From the NCBI GenBank assembly GCA_963762145.1, contig CAVXJS010000019.1, forward strand, positions 356,371-420,370: 64,000 nucleotides of DNA, in the 5' to 3' direction. The stretch comes from an uncultured Candidatus Rokubacteria bacterium (GTDB lineage Bacteria > Methylomirabilota > Methylomirabilia > Rokubacteriales > CSP1-6). The notes under the pieces are model-generated. The model was not told the DNA's origin and ran no database searches. It saw only the letters and a program-made list of their open reading frames with translations. Shown piece by piece: positions 20,897-30,736 of the stretch. How positions within the stretch are numbered: position 1 is the stretch's first letter; the number at the start of each line of letters is the position of its first letter. Made by a program: the position numbers and the translations under genes.

Positions 20897-21877
20897 ATGA
20901 CCCGACACCTCCTGATCGATTCCGACCCTGGCATCGACGACGCGCTGGCGATTCTGCTCGCTCTGCGCTCCTCCGACGCGCGGGTCGAAGCGGTGACCAC
21001 CGTCGCCGGCAACGTCTCGGTGGATCGCGCGACCGCGAATGCCCGCCGCATCCTCGCGGTCGCCGCGCCCGATCCGCCGCCGCCCCTTGCCGGCGGCGCT
21101 CCGGCCCCGCTCAAGCGCGCGCTGGTGACCGCGCACCAGGTGCATGGCCAGGACGGGCTGGGGAACCTCGAGCGGTTCGTGGAGCCCAGTGGCCGCCCGC
21201 GCTACCCCGAGCCCACCTACGCGATTGAGATGCGGTCGGGACCCGAAGTGATTCTGGACGCGGCAGATCGCTGGGGAGCCGAGCTGACCATCGTGGCCCT
21301 GGGGCCGCTGACCAACCTGGCGCTCGCGCTCCAGCAGGACCCCCGGCGGCTCGGCCGGGCCGGCCGCATCGTGGTCATGGGCGGCGCGATCGCGGTGCCC
21401 GGCAACATCACCCCGGCCGCCGAGTTCAACTTCTACGTGGATCCGGAGGCGGCCGCGGCCGTGCTCGAGGCGGGGCTCGCGGTCGAGCTGGTGCCCCTCG
21501 ACGTGACGCGACGGGTGGTCCTCGCGCAGACGGCGCTGACCGAGCGGCTTCGCCGGTGCTCCGACCGGGTCGCCCGCTTCATTCTCGATTTCACCCTGCA
21601 CGGCTTCGCGTTCGGGGCCGAGCGGGAGGGCGGGGGCATCGTGCTGCACGACCCGCTGGCCATGGCGGTGGCGCTCGACCCCTCGCTGGTGACCCTGGAG
21701 CCCGTGTGCGTCGAGGTCGAGTGCGAGGGCCGGCTCACGCGCGGGCTCTCGCTCGCCGATCGCCGCGAGATCCCCTCGCACCGGAAGCGCGCGTCCACCT
21801 GCCGGGTCGCGGTGGACGTGGACGTCGAGCGCGTGCTGGAGATGGTCCTGGAGCGCCTGTGCCCCGTCTCTGCGTGA
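20897..21877 (+). CDS. Nucleoside hydrolase (IU-NH family)
   Basis: DSDPGIDDA, VHGQDGLG, LGPLTNLA, MGGA..GN..AAEFNFYVDPEAA, LHDPLA. Confidence 0.92.
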   Translation: MTRHLLIDSDPGIDDALAILLALRSSDARVEAVTTVAGNVSVDRATANARRILAVAAPDPPPPLAGGAPAPLKRALVTAHQVHGQDGLGNLERFVEPSGRPRYPEPTYAIEMRSGPEVILDAADRWGAELTIVALGPLTNLALALQQDPRRLGRAGRIVVMGGAIAVPGNITPAAEFNFYVDPEAAAAVLEAGLAVELVPLDVTRRVVLAQTALTERLRRCSDRVARFILDFTLHGFAFGAEREGGGIVLHDPLAMAVALDPSLVTLEPVCVEVECEGRLTRGLSLADRREIPSHRKRASTCRVAVDVDVERVLEMVLERLCPVSA

Positions 21878-22785
21878 TCGGCTCCGCCAACGTGGACTTC
21901 ACGGTCGCGCTGCCGCGCCTGCCTCGCGTGGGGGAGACGGTCTCGGCGGGCACGCTGCTGGTGAACCGCGGCGGCAAGGGCGCCAACCAGGCGGTGGCCG
22001 CACGGCGGCTGGGCGCCGAGGTGCGGATGATCGGCTGCGTGGGTGACGACGACTCGGGCGGCGAGATCCGCCGGGCGCTGCTCGAGCAGGGGATCGGGGT
22101 GGACGGGCTCGTGACCACGCCGGACGCGGCCACCGGCACCGCGCTGATCTTCGTGGATCGCGAGGGGCAGAACCAGATCGGGGTCGCGCCGGGCGCGAAT
22201 CACCGGCTCACCGTCGAGATGGCGCGCCGGGGGGAGGACGCCATCGCCTGGGCCGAGGTCGTGCTGTGCCAGATGGAGGTCCCGGTGCCGGTGGTCCGCT
22301 GGGCGCTCGAGACGGCGCGGCGGCACGGCGTCACCACCGTGCTCAACCCGGCGCCGGTGCAGGAGCTGTCCGACGACCTGCTCGCGCTGGTGGACTACCT
22401 GACGCCGAACGCGGGCGAGGTGATGGCGCTCACCGGCATCGAGGTGCGGGATCTCGATACGGGCCGGCAGGCGGCGGGCCGGCTCGTCGAGCGCGGGGCG
22501 GGCACCGTGATCATCACGCTGGGCGAGCAGGGGGCGCTGGTCTGCGACGGCACCGCGGTGGTGCACTTCGAGGCCTTCCCGGTGGACGCGGTGGACAGCA
22601 CCGGCGCGGGCGACGCCTTCAACGGCGCCCTCGCGGTCGGTCTCGCCGCGGGCGGCAGCGTGGAGCAGATCATCCCCCTCGCGAGCGCCGCCGCCGCCCT
22701 GACCTGCACGCGCCGCGGCGCCCAGGACGCCCTCCCCACGCGCCAGGACGTCGAGCGCTTCCTGCAATCCCTCCGCAACCGCTAG
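21859..22785 (+). CDS. rbsK: Ribokinase
   Basis: VIGSANVD, GGKGANQAVAA, LNPAP, TPN, VDSTGAGDAFNG. Confidence 0.9.
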   Translation: MPRLCVIGSANVDFTVALPRLPRVGETVSAGTLLVNRGGKGANQAVAARRLGAEVRMIGCVGDDDSGGEIRRALLEQGIGVDGLVTTPDAATGTALIFVDREGQNQIGVAPGANHRLTVEMARRGEDAIAWAEVVLCQMEVPVPVVRWALETARRHGVTTVLNPAPVQELSDDLLALVDYLTPNAGEVMALTGIEVRDLDTGRQAAGRLVERGAGTVIITLGEQGALVCDGTAVVHFEAFPVDAVDSTGAGDAFNGALAVGLAAGGSVEQIIPLASAAAALTCTRRGAQDALPTRQDVERFLQSLRNR

Positions 22786-22788
22786 CCT

Positions 22789-22873
22789 GGGGTCAGGTCT
22801 TGAATTACGACATTTCCGCGCCCGCGGCTTTCACCAGAGGCGAGAAGAATGTCGTAATTCAAGACCTGACCCC
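22789..22873. repeat. REP/REPIN-like family B: perfect 26-bp inverted repeat with a 33-nt spacer
   Basis: GGGGTCAGGTCTTGAATTACGACATT (22789-22814) and AATGTCGTAATTCAAGACCTGACCCC (22848-22873), between convergent genes. Confidence 0.85.
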
Positions 22874-24028
22874 CTACTTGAGGCGGGCGCGGAGGGTGTC
22901 GACTCGGGTGACGGCTTCGCGCACGCGGGATTCGGGGAGGGTGCCGGCGGCGATGGCGCGGGTGATGGCGGCGATCACGCGCTCCGCGGCGCGGTCGTCG
23001 TGCCGGGTGGTGTTCTGCGCGATGAGGAGCACGTCCACGCCGGCGCCCAGCGCGAGGACCGCGGCGTCGTCGAGCCCGTAGTGCTGGGCGATGGCGCCCA
23101 TCAGCAGGTCGTCGGAGACCGCCACGCCGTCGTAGTGAAGCCATCCGCGCAGGACCCGCTGCACCGTGAAGCGCGACAGCGTGGCCGGGTCCCATGGGTC
23201 GAGCCCGCGATTGAAGACGTGCGCGGTCATGACACTGTCCGCCAGGCCCGCCGCGATCAGGCTCCGAAAGGGCGCGAGCTCGATCCGCAGCCGGGCGGTG
23301 TCGCTCACGTCGGTGAAGCCCAGGTGCGAGTCGGCGCGGCTCGAGCCGTGGCCGGGAAAGTGCTTGAGCGCGGTGAGCACGCCGGCCTCGTGCATGCCGA
23401 GCACGAAGGCGCGCGCGTGGGCGGCGACCCGTTCCGGATCCGACGAGTACACGCGCCCGAGCGCGACCACCGCCGGATTGGTCGGGTTCACCGCCACGTC
23501 CACGACCGGGGCCAGATTCCAGTTGATCCCGGCCTCGCGCAGCATCTCACCCATGCGCCGGGCCTCGGTCTGGGTGAACACCGGGTCGTCGCGCTCGCCC
23601 AGTTCCTTGGCGGGAAGGGTCGGGGGATAGCCGAGCCGCGGCGAGAGGCGCATGACGCGGCCCCCTTCCGCGTCCACCGCGATGAAGAGCGGACGGCCCA
23701 CGCAGCGGGCCGCGAGGGCCTGCAGATCGCGCGTGAGCTCGGTCACCTGGGCCGGGCTCAGCATGTTGCGCGGCTGGCCCGACGCGGCGAAGCGCTCGAA
23801 GAGGAGCACGCCCCCCACCTTGACGTCGCAGACGAGGCGGCGGATCTCCTCGTTGCCCGCGACCTGGGTTCCGTTGAAGCCGATGAGGAGCAGCTCGGCG
23901 ATGCGGAGCTGCGCGGGATCGGGCGCGGGGCGGGGCGTGATCAGGGCACACCCCGAGAGGACGAGCGCCGCGACGAGGGCGCCGAGGCGAAGCCGGTATC
24001 TCTCCCTCGGGGAGGGAGAGGGGGCCAT
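22874..24028 (-). CDS. nagZ: GH3 beta-N-acetylhexosaminidase, probable lipoprotein
   Basis: LSGC lipobox; AVDAEGGRVMRL, NLAPVVD, KHFPGHG..DSH, MTAHV, SDDL. Confidence 0.85.
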   Translation of the reverse strand: MAPSPSPRERYRLRLGALVAALVLSGCALITPRPAPDPAQLRIAELLLIGFNGTQVAGNEEIRRLVCDVKVGGVLLFERFAASGQPRNMLSPAQVTELTRDLQALAARCVGRPLFIAVDAEGGRVMRLSPRLGYPPTLPAKELGERDDPVFTQTEARRMGEMLREAGINWNLAPVVDVAVNPTNPAVVALGRVYSSDPERVAAHARAFVLGMHEAGVLTALKHFPGHGSSRADSHLGFTDVSDTARLRIELAPFRSLIAAGLADSVMTAHVFNRGLDPWDPATLSRFTVQRVLRGWLHYDGVAVSDDLLMGAIAQHYGLDDAAVLALGAGVDVLLIAQNTTRHDDRAAERVIAAITRAIAAGTLPESRVREAVTRVDTLRARLK

Positions 24029-24843
24029 CAGGCGCGAGTGCCGCGGGCGGCCGCGACGAGACGGCGGACGCGCTCGACGTCCACCGGGTTCGACAGCCGC
24101 CCGTCCCGCTTGATCGACGTGCCCACGATCACCGCGTCGGCCACCGAGAGCAGCTCGGCGACCGTCTCCGGCGAGGCCCCGCTTCCCACGAGGAGCGGCG
24201 CTTCCGGCACCGCGCCGCGCACCCGCTTGAGGTCGGCCATCGGGGTGGGCTCGCCGGTGGCCACGCCCGAGACCACGAGGGCGTCGGCCAGCCCGCGCGC
24301 GTAGCAGTCGCGTGCCTCCTGCTCGAGGGGCATCGGCGCCAGCGGCAGGCCGTGCTTGGCCTGCACGTCGGCCAGGATCCCGATGTCCAGCCCGAGAAGC
24401 CGCCGGTACCGCAAGGTATCGTGCGCGTCCGACTCGATGATGCCCTGGTCGGCGGCCACCGCGCCCACGTGGACGTTCACGCGCACGAAGCGCGCGCCGG
24501 TGGCCGACGCCACCGCGAGGGCCGAGCGCACGTCGTTCTTGAGCACGTTGACGCCGACCGGCAGCGAGAGCGCGCGACGGATCTCGGCGACCGCGACCGC
24601 CATGCCGGCCACCGTGGCCGCGTCCACCCGCCGGGCGGTGAAGGGCACGTCGCCGTGATTCTCCACGAGGAGCGCGTCGGCGCCGCCCTCGGCCAAAGCG
24701 CGCGCGTCGTCCAGCGCCGCGCGGACGAGCGCGGGCATGTCGCCGTCCCAGCGCGGACTGCCCGGCAGCGCGCGCAAGTGCACCATCCCGATCACGGCGC
24801 GAGGTGTGCCGGGCGGCAAACCGAGGACGCGCGCGAGCGTCAT
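24028..24843 (-). CDS. BtpA/SgcQ family protein
   Basis: IGMVHL.ALPGSP, VENHGDVPF, GVNVLKND, ADVQAKH, VSGVATG, VGSG. Confidence 0.9.
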   Translation of the reverse strand: MTLARVLGLPPGTPRAVIGMVHLRALPGSPRWDGDMPALVRAALDDARALAEGGADALLVENHGDVPFTARRVDAATVAGMAVAVAEIRRALSLPVGVNVLKNDVRSALAVASATGARFVRVNVHVGAVAADQGIIESDAHDTLRYRRLLGLDIGILADVQAKHGLPLAPMPLEQEARDCYARGLADALVVSGVATGEPTPMADLKRVRGAVPEAPLLVGSGASPETVAELLSVADAVIVGTSIKRDGRLSNPVDVERVRRLVAAARGTRA

Positions 24844-24919
24844 GGGAAAAAAGGATAGCACGCGCCGGGAATCCACCACGCCGGGGAAGGCGTCAAGTGG
24901 AGCTATACTTGACGCCGTG

Positions 24920-26215
24920 ATGGCAAAGGCGCCGAGCAGTGCCGGTTCGACTGTCTTCTACGGGTGGTGGGTGGCCTTGGCGCTCTCGATCATCGTGTTT
25001 CTGTCCTCGGGAATCCGCTTCACGATCGGCCCCTTCCTCAAGCCGGTCTCCGCGGATCTGGGCGTGGATCGCGGCACCTTCTCCCTGGTGATCGCGCTCT
25101 CCCTGCTGCTCTACGGCGCCTTCATGCCCCTGGTCGGACGGCTCGTCGACCGGATGGGCTCGCGCGTGGTGTGCACCGCCGGCGCGGTGGTGATGGCGGG
25201 GTCCCTGGTGCTGACCGGCCGCATGACCACGCTCTGGGAGTTCTACCTGTACTACGCGGTGATCGGCTCGCTGGGCCTGGCCGCGACCGGGCACGTCATG
25301 GGCTCGGTCACGCTCGCGAACTGGTTCGTGAAGCGGCGCGGGGTCACGATGAGCTTCCTCGGCTCGGCCTCGATGGCGGGCATGGCGCTCCTGGTGCCCC
25401 TGGCCATGTGGTGCATCCTGCGGTTCGGCTGGCGCGCGAGCTTCGTGATCCTCGGCATCGGCTCGCTGCTGATCATGCTGCCGCTGACCATCTGGGTCCT
25501 GCGCGACGATCCGGAGAGCCTGGGCCTCGAGCCGGACGGGGTGCCCGCCGCGAAGCCAGAGGGCGTGTCGGCGCCGGTCGAGCGCACCGCCATCGCGGAC
25601 GCGCTGCAGGTCCCGTCGTTCTGGCTGCTCACCGGCGGGCTCTTCAACTGCGGGTTCTCCATGAGCCTGCTGTCGGCTCACGGCGTGCCGATGCTGACCG
25701 ACCACGGCTTTCACCCCATGGCCGCCTCATCGGCGATCGGGTTCCTCGGCATGACCGCCATCGGCGGCGGGATCATGCTCGGCCTGATCTCCGATCGCTG
25801 GGGCCGCAAGCCGGTGCTCGCGGCCGTGTACCTCTTGCGGATCGTCGCCTTCAGCATGCTGTTCCTGGTGCGGGACCCGTTTCTGCTCCTGGTCGTGGCC
25901 GCGATCGGCGGGGTGGGCATGTCGGGCAGCCTGGCGATGACCTCGGCGCTGACCGGGGACATCTTCGGACGCTACTCGGTGGGCTCGCTCTTCGGCCTGA
26001 TCTTCCTGTCCCACCAGGTGGGCGCGTCCCTGGGCACCTGGCTGGGCGGGTTCCTGTTCGACGTGACCGGCGGCTACGGCGCCGCCTTCGGGGTGGCCGG
26101 GGCCCTGCTGCTGATCGCGGCGATCCTGAGCCTTTCCATCAACGAGCATGCCCGGCCGGCGTGTCGCACGGTGCCGATACCGTCGCGTCCGCATCCGGTG
26201 GCGGGAGGGAGCTGA
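24920..26215 (+). CDS. MFS transporter
   Basis: FYGWWV; GRLVDRMGSR and GLISDRWGRK MFS motifs; about 12 hydrophobic segments. Confidence 0.9.
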   Translation: MAKAPSSAGSTVFYGWWVALALSIIVFLSSGIRFTIGPFLKPVSADLGVDRGTFSLVIALSLLLYGAFMPLVGRLVDRMGSRVVCTAGAVVMAGSLVLTGRMTTLWEFYLYYAVIGSLGLAATGHVMGSVTLANWFVKRRGVTMSFLGSASMAGMALLVPLAMWCILRFGWRASFVILGIGSLLIMLPLTIWVLRDDPESLGLEPDGVPAAKPEGVSAPVERTAIADALQVPSFWLLTGGLFNCGFSMSLLSAHGVPMLTDHGFHPMAASSAIGFLGMTAIGGGIMLGLISDRWGRKPVLAAVYLLRIVAFSMLFLVRDPFLLLVVAAIGGVGMSGSLAMTSALTGDIFGRYSVGSLFGLIFLSHQVGASLGTWLGGFLFDVTGGYGAAFGVAGALLLIAAILSLSINEHARPACRTVPIPSRPHPVAGGS

Positions 26216-27000
26216 TGGGCTACAGCACGATCCTGGTGGATCGAACCGACGGCGTCGCCACGATCACCCTCAACCGGCCGCAGGCCCGTAACGCGCTCGA
26301 TCTCGTCATGCGTCGCGAGCTCCTGACCGCGCTGGAGGAGCTCGAGGCGGAGGCGGCCGTGCGGGTGGTCATCCTCACCGGTGGGGGCGGGCACTTCTCG
26401 GCGGGCGGCGACGTGAAGACCATGGCCGCGAAGCGGCAGACCGCGGCGGAGGGCCGCGCGCGCGTGGAGTCGCTGAATCGCTTCATCATTCGCCTGTTCG
26501 AGTATCCGAAGCCCACGATCGCGATGGTGGACGGCTTCGCGGTCGGCGCCGGGTGCAATATCGCGCTCGGCTGCGACATCGTGATCGCGTCCGACCGCGC
26601 CCGCTTCGGCGAGGTCTTCGCCAAGATCGGGCTGGTGCCCGACGGGGGCGGCACCTGGCTGCTGCCGCGGCTGGTCGGCCTGGCCAAGGCGAAGGAGCTG
26701 GTCTTCTCCGCCGACATCATCGACGCGGCCGAGGCGCTGCGGATCGGGCTCGTGAACCGAGTCGTCCCGGCCGCCGAGCTCGAGTCGACGACCCGCGCCC
26801 TCGCCACCCGGATCGCGGCGGGTCCTCCGGGTGCCATCGGCCTCGCCAAGGCCCTGCTGAACCGCTCGACCACGGTGGATCTGGGCACCTCCCTCGGCTT
26901 CGAGGCCTACGCGCAGGCGCAGAGCATCACCACCGACGACCATGCCGAGGGCGTCCGGGCCTTCCTGGAAAAGCGCCCACCCAAGTTCACCGGGACATGA
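26215..27000 (+). CDS. Enoyl-CoA hydratase/isomerase
   Basis: ITLNRPQARNAL, FSAGGDV, AMVDGFAVGAG, IGLVPDGG, EGVRAFLEKRPPKF. Confidence 0.92.
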   Translation: MGYSTILVDRTDGVATITLNRPQARNALDLVMRRELLTALEELEAEAAVRVVILTGGGGHFSAGGDVKTMAAKRQTAAEGRARVESLNRFIIRLFEYPKPTIAMVDGFAVGAGCNIALGCDIVIASDRARFGEVFAKIGLVPDGGGTWLLPRLVGLAKAKELVFSADIIDAAEALRIGLVNRVVPAAELESTTRALATRIAAGPPGAIGLAKALLNRSTTVDLGTSLGFEAYAQAQSITTDDHAEGVRAFLEKRPPKFTGT

Positions 27001-27512
27001 GCCACGCGGTGCTCGAGGCCGTCGAGACCGACGAGGCGCATCCGCTCGGCCTGATCTCGCATCACCTCCATTCGGACGGCACCGCGGTGGACGCCCTCTA
27101 CGGCGAGATGTGGGGCTCGTCCACGTTCCCGCCCGTGTCGAAGAAGAAGATCGACGACGGGCGCACGCGTCCGCGGATGAACGGGCGCGCCGTCTTCGTG
27201 AACGCGGTGCGGCGGGTCCGGGAGGTCGTGCAGGAGTGTCTCGACGCCAATGACCTGCGGGCGGCCGACGTGGATTGCTACCTGTTCCACCAGGCCAACG
27301 TGCGGATCATCGAGGCGGCCGCCGAGCATTTCCAGATCCCGGCCACGCGGTACTTCAACAATCTGGACCGTTACGGCAACACCGCCGGCGCGTCCGTTCC
27401 CATCTGCCTCCACGAGGCGCTGGCCGAAGGCCGCATCAAGGAGGGCGACCTCGTCATGCTGGTGGCCTTCGGCACCGGCTTCTCGTGGGGGGCGACGCTC
27501 CTGCGCTGGTGA
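26997..27512 (+). pseudogene. FabH/KAS III C-terminal half only
   Basis: MNGRAVF, LFHQANVRII, YGNTAGASVP, AFGTGFSWGA present; the N-terminal domain carrying the catalytic Cys is absent. Confidence 0.7.
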
Positions 27513-28588
27513 GCCCTCCCGACGGTCTGCGCGGCTGGCTCCAGCGTCTCGGCTGGAGCCAGCGCCCCGAGCGCCGAGCCCTCGTGCTCGCCGGCGGCGG
27601 GGTCATCGGCGGCATGTACGAGGTCGGCGCCCTCGCCGCGCTCGACGAGGCGCTGCCCGGCTTCCGCGCCAACGATTTCGACCTCTACGTGGGCTCGAGC
27701 GCGGGCTCGGTGGTCGCCGCGCTCATGGCCAACGGGGTGCGCCCGCGCGACCTGTACGCGATCCTGGACGAGGAGCGCGACGACCCGCTCAACTTCAATC
27801 GCGGCGCGGTCTACCACAAGGGCTCGTTCGCGGCCGCGACGCGCAACGTGGCGCAGTTCATGTGGGCCATCGGCAAGCGCGCGCTCATCGACTTCCGGCT
27901 CGAGTGGCCCGATCTGCTCGCGCGCAGCGGCGGCGACATGCCGGCCGGCTTCTTCTCGCTCTCGCCCCTCGAGGCGTATCTGCGCGAGGCGTTCCAGGCC
28001 AAGGGACTCTCGAACCGGTTCAGCGGGACGCCCCGTCCGCTGCTCGTCGCCGCGATCGCCCTCGACCGCGCCGAGCGCGTGGTGTTCGGCCAGGGCGATC
28101 TGATGGACGTGCCGATCTCGCAGGCGATCGCGGCCTCCTCGGCGATTCCCGGCTTCTTCGAGCCCTACCGGATAGGGGGACGGGACTACGTCGACGGCGA
28201 CGTGGGCTACACGGGCCACGCCGACCTGGCGGTGAGCGCGGGCGCGAACGTGCTGGTCGCGCTCAACCCGGCGGTGCCGCAGTGCCTGAACGAGCAGGAC
28301 GGCCCCGAGATCCGTCGGGGCGGCCTCTACGCGATCATGGAGCAAGCCGGGCACATCTCGAGCCTCAACCTGTTCAATATCGGGCTCAGCGCGGTCAAGC
28401 TCCAGCACCCCGAGGTGGAGATCCTGGTGGTCCAGCCGGAGCCCAAGCCATCGCCCCTGGTTGGGCCCTCGATGGGCTTCGAGGCCAGCCGCGCCGCCCT
28501 CCGTTATGGGTACAGCACGGTCAAGGAATGGCTCGAGGGACCGGGGGGCCTGACCGCGACCCGCTTCACGCGTGCTGGTGGGGGTTGA
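27509..28588 (+). CDS. Patatin-like phospholipase
   Basis: LVLAGGG, VGSSAGS nucleophile elbow, ASSAIPGFF, YVDGD. Confidence 0.88.
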   Translation: MSPPDGLRGWLQRLGWSQRPERRALVLAGGGVIGGMYEVGALAALDEALPGFRANDFDLYVGSSAGSVVAALMANGVRPRDLYAILDEERDDPLNFNRGAVYHKGSFAAATRNVAQFMWAIGKRALIDFRLEWPDLLARSGGDMPAGFFSLSPLEAYLREAFQAKGLSNRFSGTPRPLLVAAIALDRAERVVFGQGDLMDVPISQAIAASSAIPGFFEPYRIGGRDYVDGDVGYTGHADLAVSAGANVLVALNPAVPQCLNEQDGPEIRRGGLYAIMEQAGHISSLNLFNIGLSAVKLQHPEVEILVVQPEPKPSPLVGPSMGFEASRAALRYGYSTVKEWLEGPGGLTATRFTRAGGG

Positions 28589-28695
28589 AGATAGCTTCCG
28601 TGACAAGGAAACATTCTTCACATATGTGGCACAGGAGGTGTACCCGGGTGCAGAGGTCTACCAGTCCAAACAGTAGATATATAAAGAGTTGCAAT

Positions 28696-28712
28696 GCGGC
28701 ACATAATTTGCC
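28696..28712 (+). promoter_or_regulatory. Sigma-54 (-24/-12) promoter upstream of the PEP-CTERM gene
   Basis: gcGGCACataatTTGCc with GG-N10-GC spacing, in an AT-rich intergenic region. Confidence 0.6.
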
Positions 28713-28735
28713 TAGGACCTTCCCGAGGAGAGTCT

Positions 28736-29469
28736 ATGACCAAGAATTTGGCCAAGCAGTGGTTTAGTAGTCTCGCAGTAGCTGGCTGATGTCGGTCGGG
28801 GCCGCCGAGGCAGCCCCGATCACCTACTTCGGCCAGGACGTCGGGGCCAATGCCGACGGGGGCGCGCAGATCGCAACCCACCCGAACTCCGACGCGGCGC
28901 GCAACGCAGTTCCTTGCACCCTCTCGTCGCAGACGACCCAGACAATCTCGAAGGGATCGGGAACAACACACCCGCGCCGATCATATCCTCGGCTTCGGAA
29001 TCCTGCAGCGGTTGCGGGAAACGTCGTCGTCGGTGGCGGGGAGTGACACCCAGGGCGGCTTTCCGATCTCGGGGGCCAACCTGTTTCAGATCGACGGGAG
29101 GGCTTCACGCTGACCCTCAACACCGCGGTGACCGCGTTCGGGTTCTACGGAATCGACGTCGGTGACGTCGGGGGCCAGCTAAGCCTGACCGAGTTCGGGA
29201 ACGTTCCGCACACGGTAGCCCGCACCTGGCCAACAGCGGGGGCGTATTCTTCTACGGTGTCACCGACACGACTCCGTTCAGCGTGATCACCTTCAACAAC
29301 AGCAGTCGGAATCGACCGGTTCAACTTCGACGACTTCACGATTGGAACGGTCAACGAGGACCTGGCGGCCGTCCCGGAGCCCGCCACACTGCTCCTGCTC
29401 GGAACGTCGCTGGCCGGAATGGCCGGCGCGGCCTGGAAGCGGCGCAAAGCCGCCCGGCTCGCGGACTGA
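28736..29469 (+). pseudogene. PEP-CTERM sorting-domain protein, heavily frameshifted
   Basis: GAGGAG RBS, signal peptide ending AEA-APITYFG, AFGFYGIDVGD, C-terminus VPEPATLLLLGTSLAGMAGAAWKRRK. Confidence 0.75.
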
Positions 29470-29482
29470 GTTCACGCGGGGA

Positions 29483-29510
29483 GACGGGCCCGCCGCGCGG
29501 CGGGCCCGTC
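29483..29510. terminator. Hairpin between convergent genes
   Basis: GACGGGCCCGCCG-CG-CGGCGGGCCCGTC. Confidence 0.7.
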
Positions 29511-29511
29511 G

Positions 29512-30726
29512 TCACCCGCGGCTGACCTCCTCGGCCACGTAACCCCCCTCATTCAGCTCGCGCTTGATGGCCTCGATCTGCTCGGGGCCGGAGGTCTCCA
29601 GTGTCAGCTCCACTTCGCTGTCGCCCAGCGGCGCCCTCGAGAAGGCCCGGTCATGCTCGATCCGGAGCACATTGGCCCGCGTGCGGGCCACGACGGCGGT
29701 GAGCGCGGCGAGGGCTCCCGGGCGGTCTCGGAGCCGGACGCGCAGTCGCACGAGCCGGCCGTCCTTCACCAGACCGCGCTCGATCACGCGTGAGATCACG
29801 TTGACGTCGATATTGCCGCCGGAGACCACCAGCGCGACGGTCTTGCCGTCGAGCGCCACGCGCCGGTTGGCCAGGGCCGCCAGTGGGACAGCCCCCGCGC
29901 CTTCCACGACGGTCTTCTCGATCTCCAGCAGCAGCAGGATGGCGTTGGCGATCTCCTCCTCGCTGACGGTCACCACGCCGTCCACGTGACGCCGGGCCAG
30001 GTCGAGCGTCTGCTCGCTCACCCGGCGCACCGCGATGCCGTCGGCGATGGTCGGGGCGGCCGGAAGGCGGTCGCGCGCGTCGCCGGCCAGGGCCGCCTGC
30101 ATTGCCGCGATCTCCCGGGCCTGCACCCCGATGACCTTCACCGCCGGACGATCTGCCTTGATCGCCGTACCGATCCCGCCGATGAGGCCACCGCCGCCCA
30201 CGGGTACCAGCACCGCCTCCAGGTCCGGGACCTGCGCCATCACCTCGAGCCCGATGGTGCCTTGGCCGGCGATCACCCGCGGGTCGTCGAAGGGGTGGAC
30301 GAAGACCAGCCCCCGCTCGGTCTCGATCTCCCGGGCGCGGGCGTGCGCCTCTTCGAAGTTCTCCCCGTGCAGGATGACCTCGGCCCCGTGGCGGCGGGCG
30401 GCGGTCACCTTGGCCAGCGGCGCCCACTCGGGCATGGTGATGACGGCGGAAATGCCGAGCTTGGCCGCATGGAAAGCGACCCCGAGGCCGTGGTTGCCCG
30501 CGCTGGCCGCGACCACGCCGCGCCGACGCTCGTGGGGTGAGAGCTGCAGGAGGAGATTGGCCGCCCCGCGCTCCTTGAACGAGCCGGTCATCTGGAGGTT
30601 CTCCAGCTTGAGGAAGACGCGGGCTCCGGTCAGCGCAGAAAGGGTTTCCGAGTAGGGGCAGGGCGTCTCGGCGACGATGCCGACGAGCCGGGCCCTGGCC
30701 GCCTGGATGTCGGCGGCGTCGATCAT
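29512..30726 (-). CDS. ilvA: Threonine ammonia-lyase with C-terminal ACT domain
   Basis: KLENLQMTGSFKERGA, ASAGNH, VPVGGGGL, SGGNID, DRPG ACT motif. Confidence 0.9.
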   Translation of the reverse strand: MIDAADIQAARARLVGIVAETPCPYSETLSALTGARVFLKLENLQMTGSFKERGAANLLLQLSPHERRRGVVAASAGNHGLGVAFHAAKLGISAVITMPEWAPLAKVTAARRHGAEVILHGENFEEAHARAREIETERGLVFVHPFDDPRVIAGQGTIGLEVMAQVPDLEAVLVPVGGGGLIGGIGTAIKADRPAVKVIGVQAREIAAMQAALAGDARDRLPAAPTIADGIAVRRVSEQTLDLARRHVDGVVTVSEEEIANAILLLLEIEKTVVEGAGAVPLAALANRRVALDGKTVALVVSGGNIDVNVISRVIERGLVKDGRLVRLRVRLRDRPGALAALTAVVARTRANVLRIEHDRAFSRAPLGDSEVELTLETSGPEQIEAIKRELNEGGYVAEEVSRG

Positions 30727-30736
30727 GCGCGGGCGA

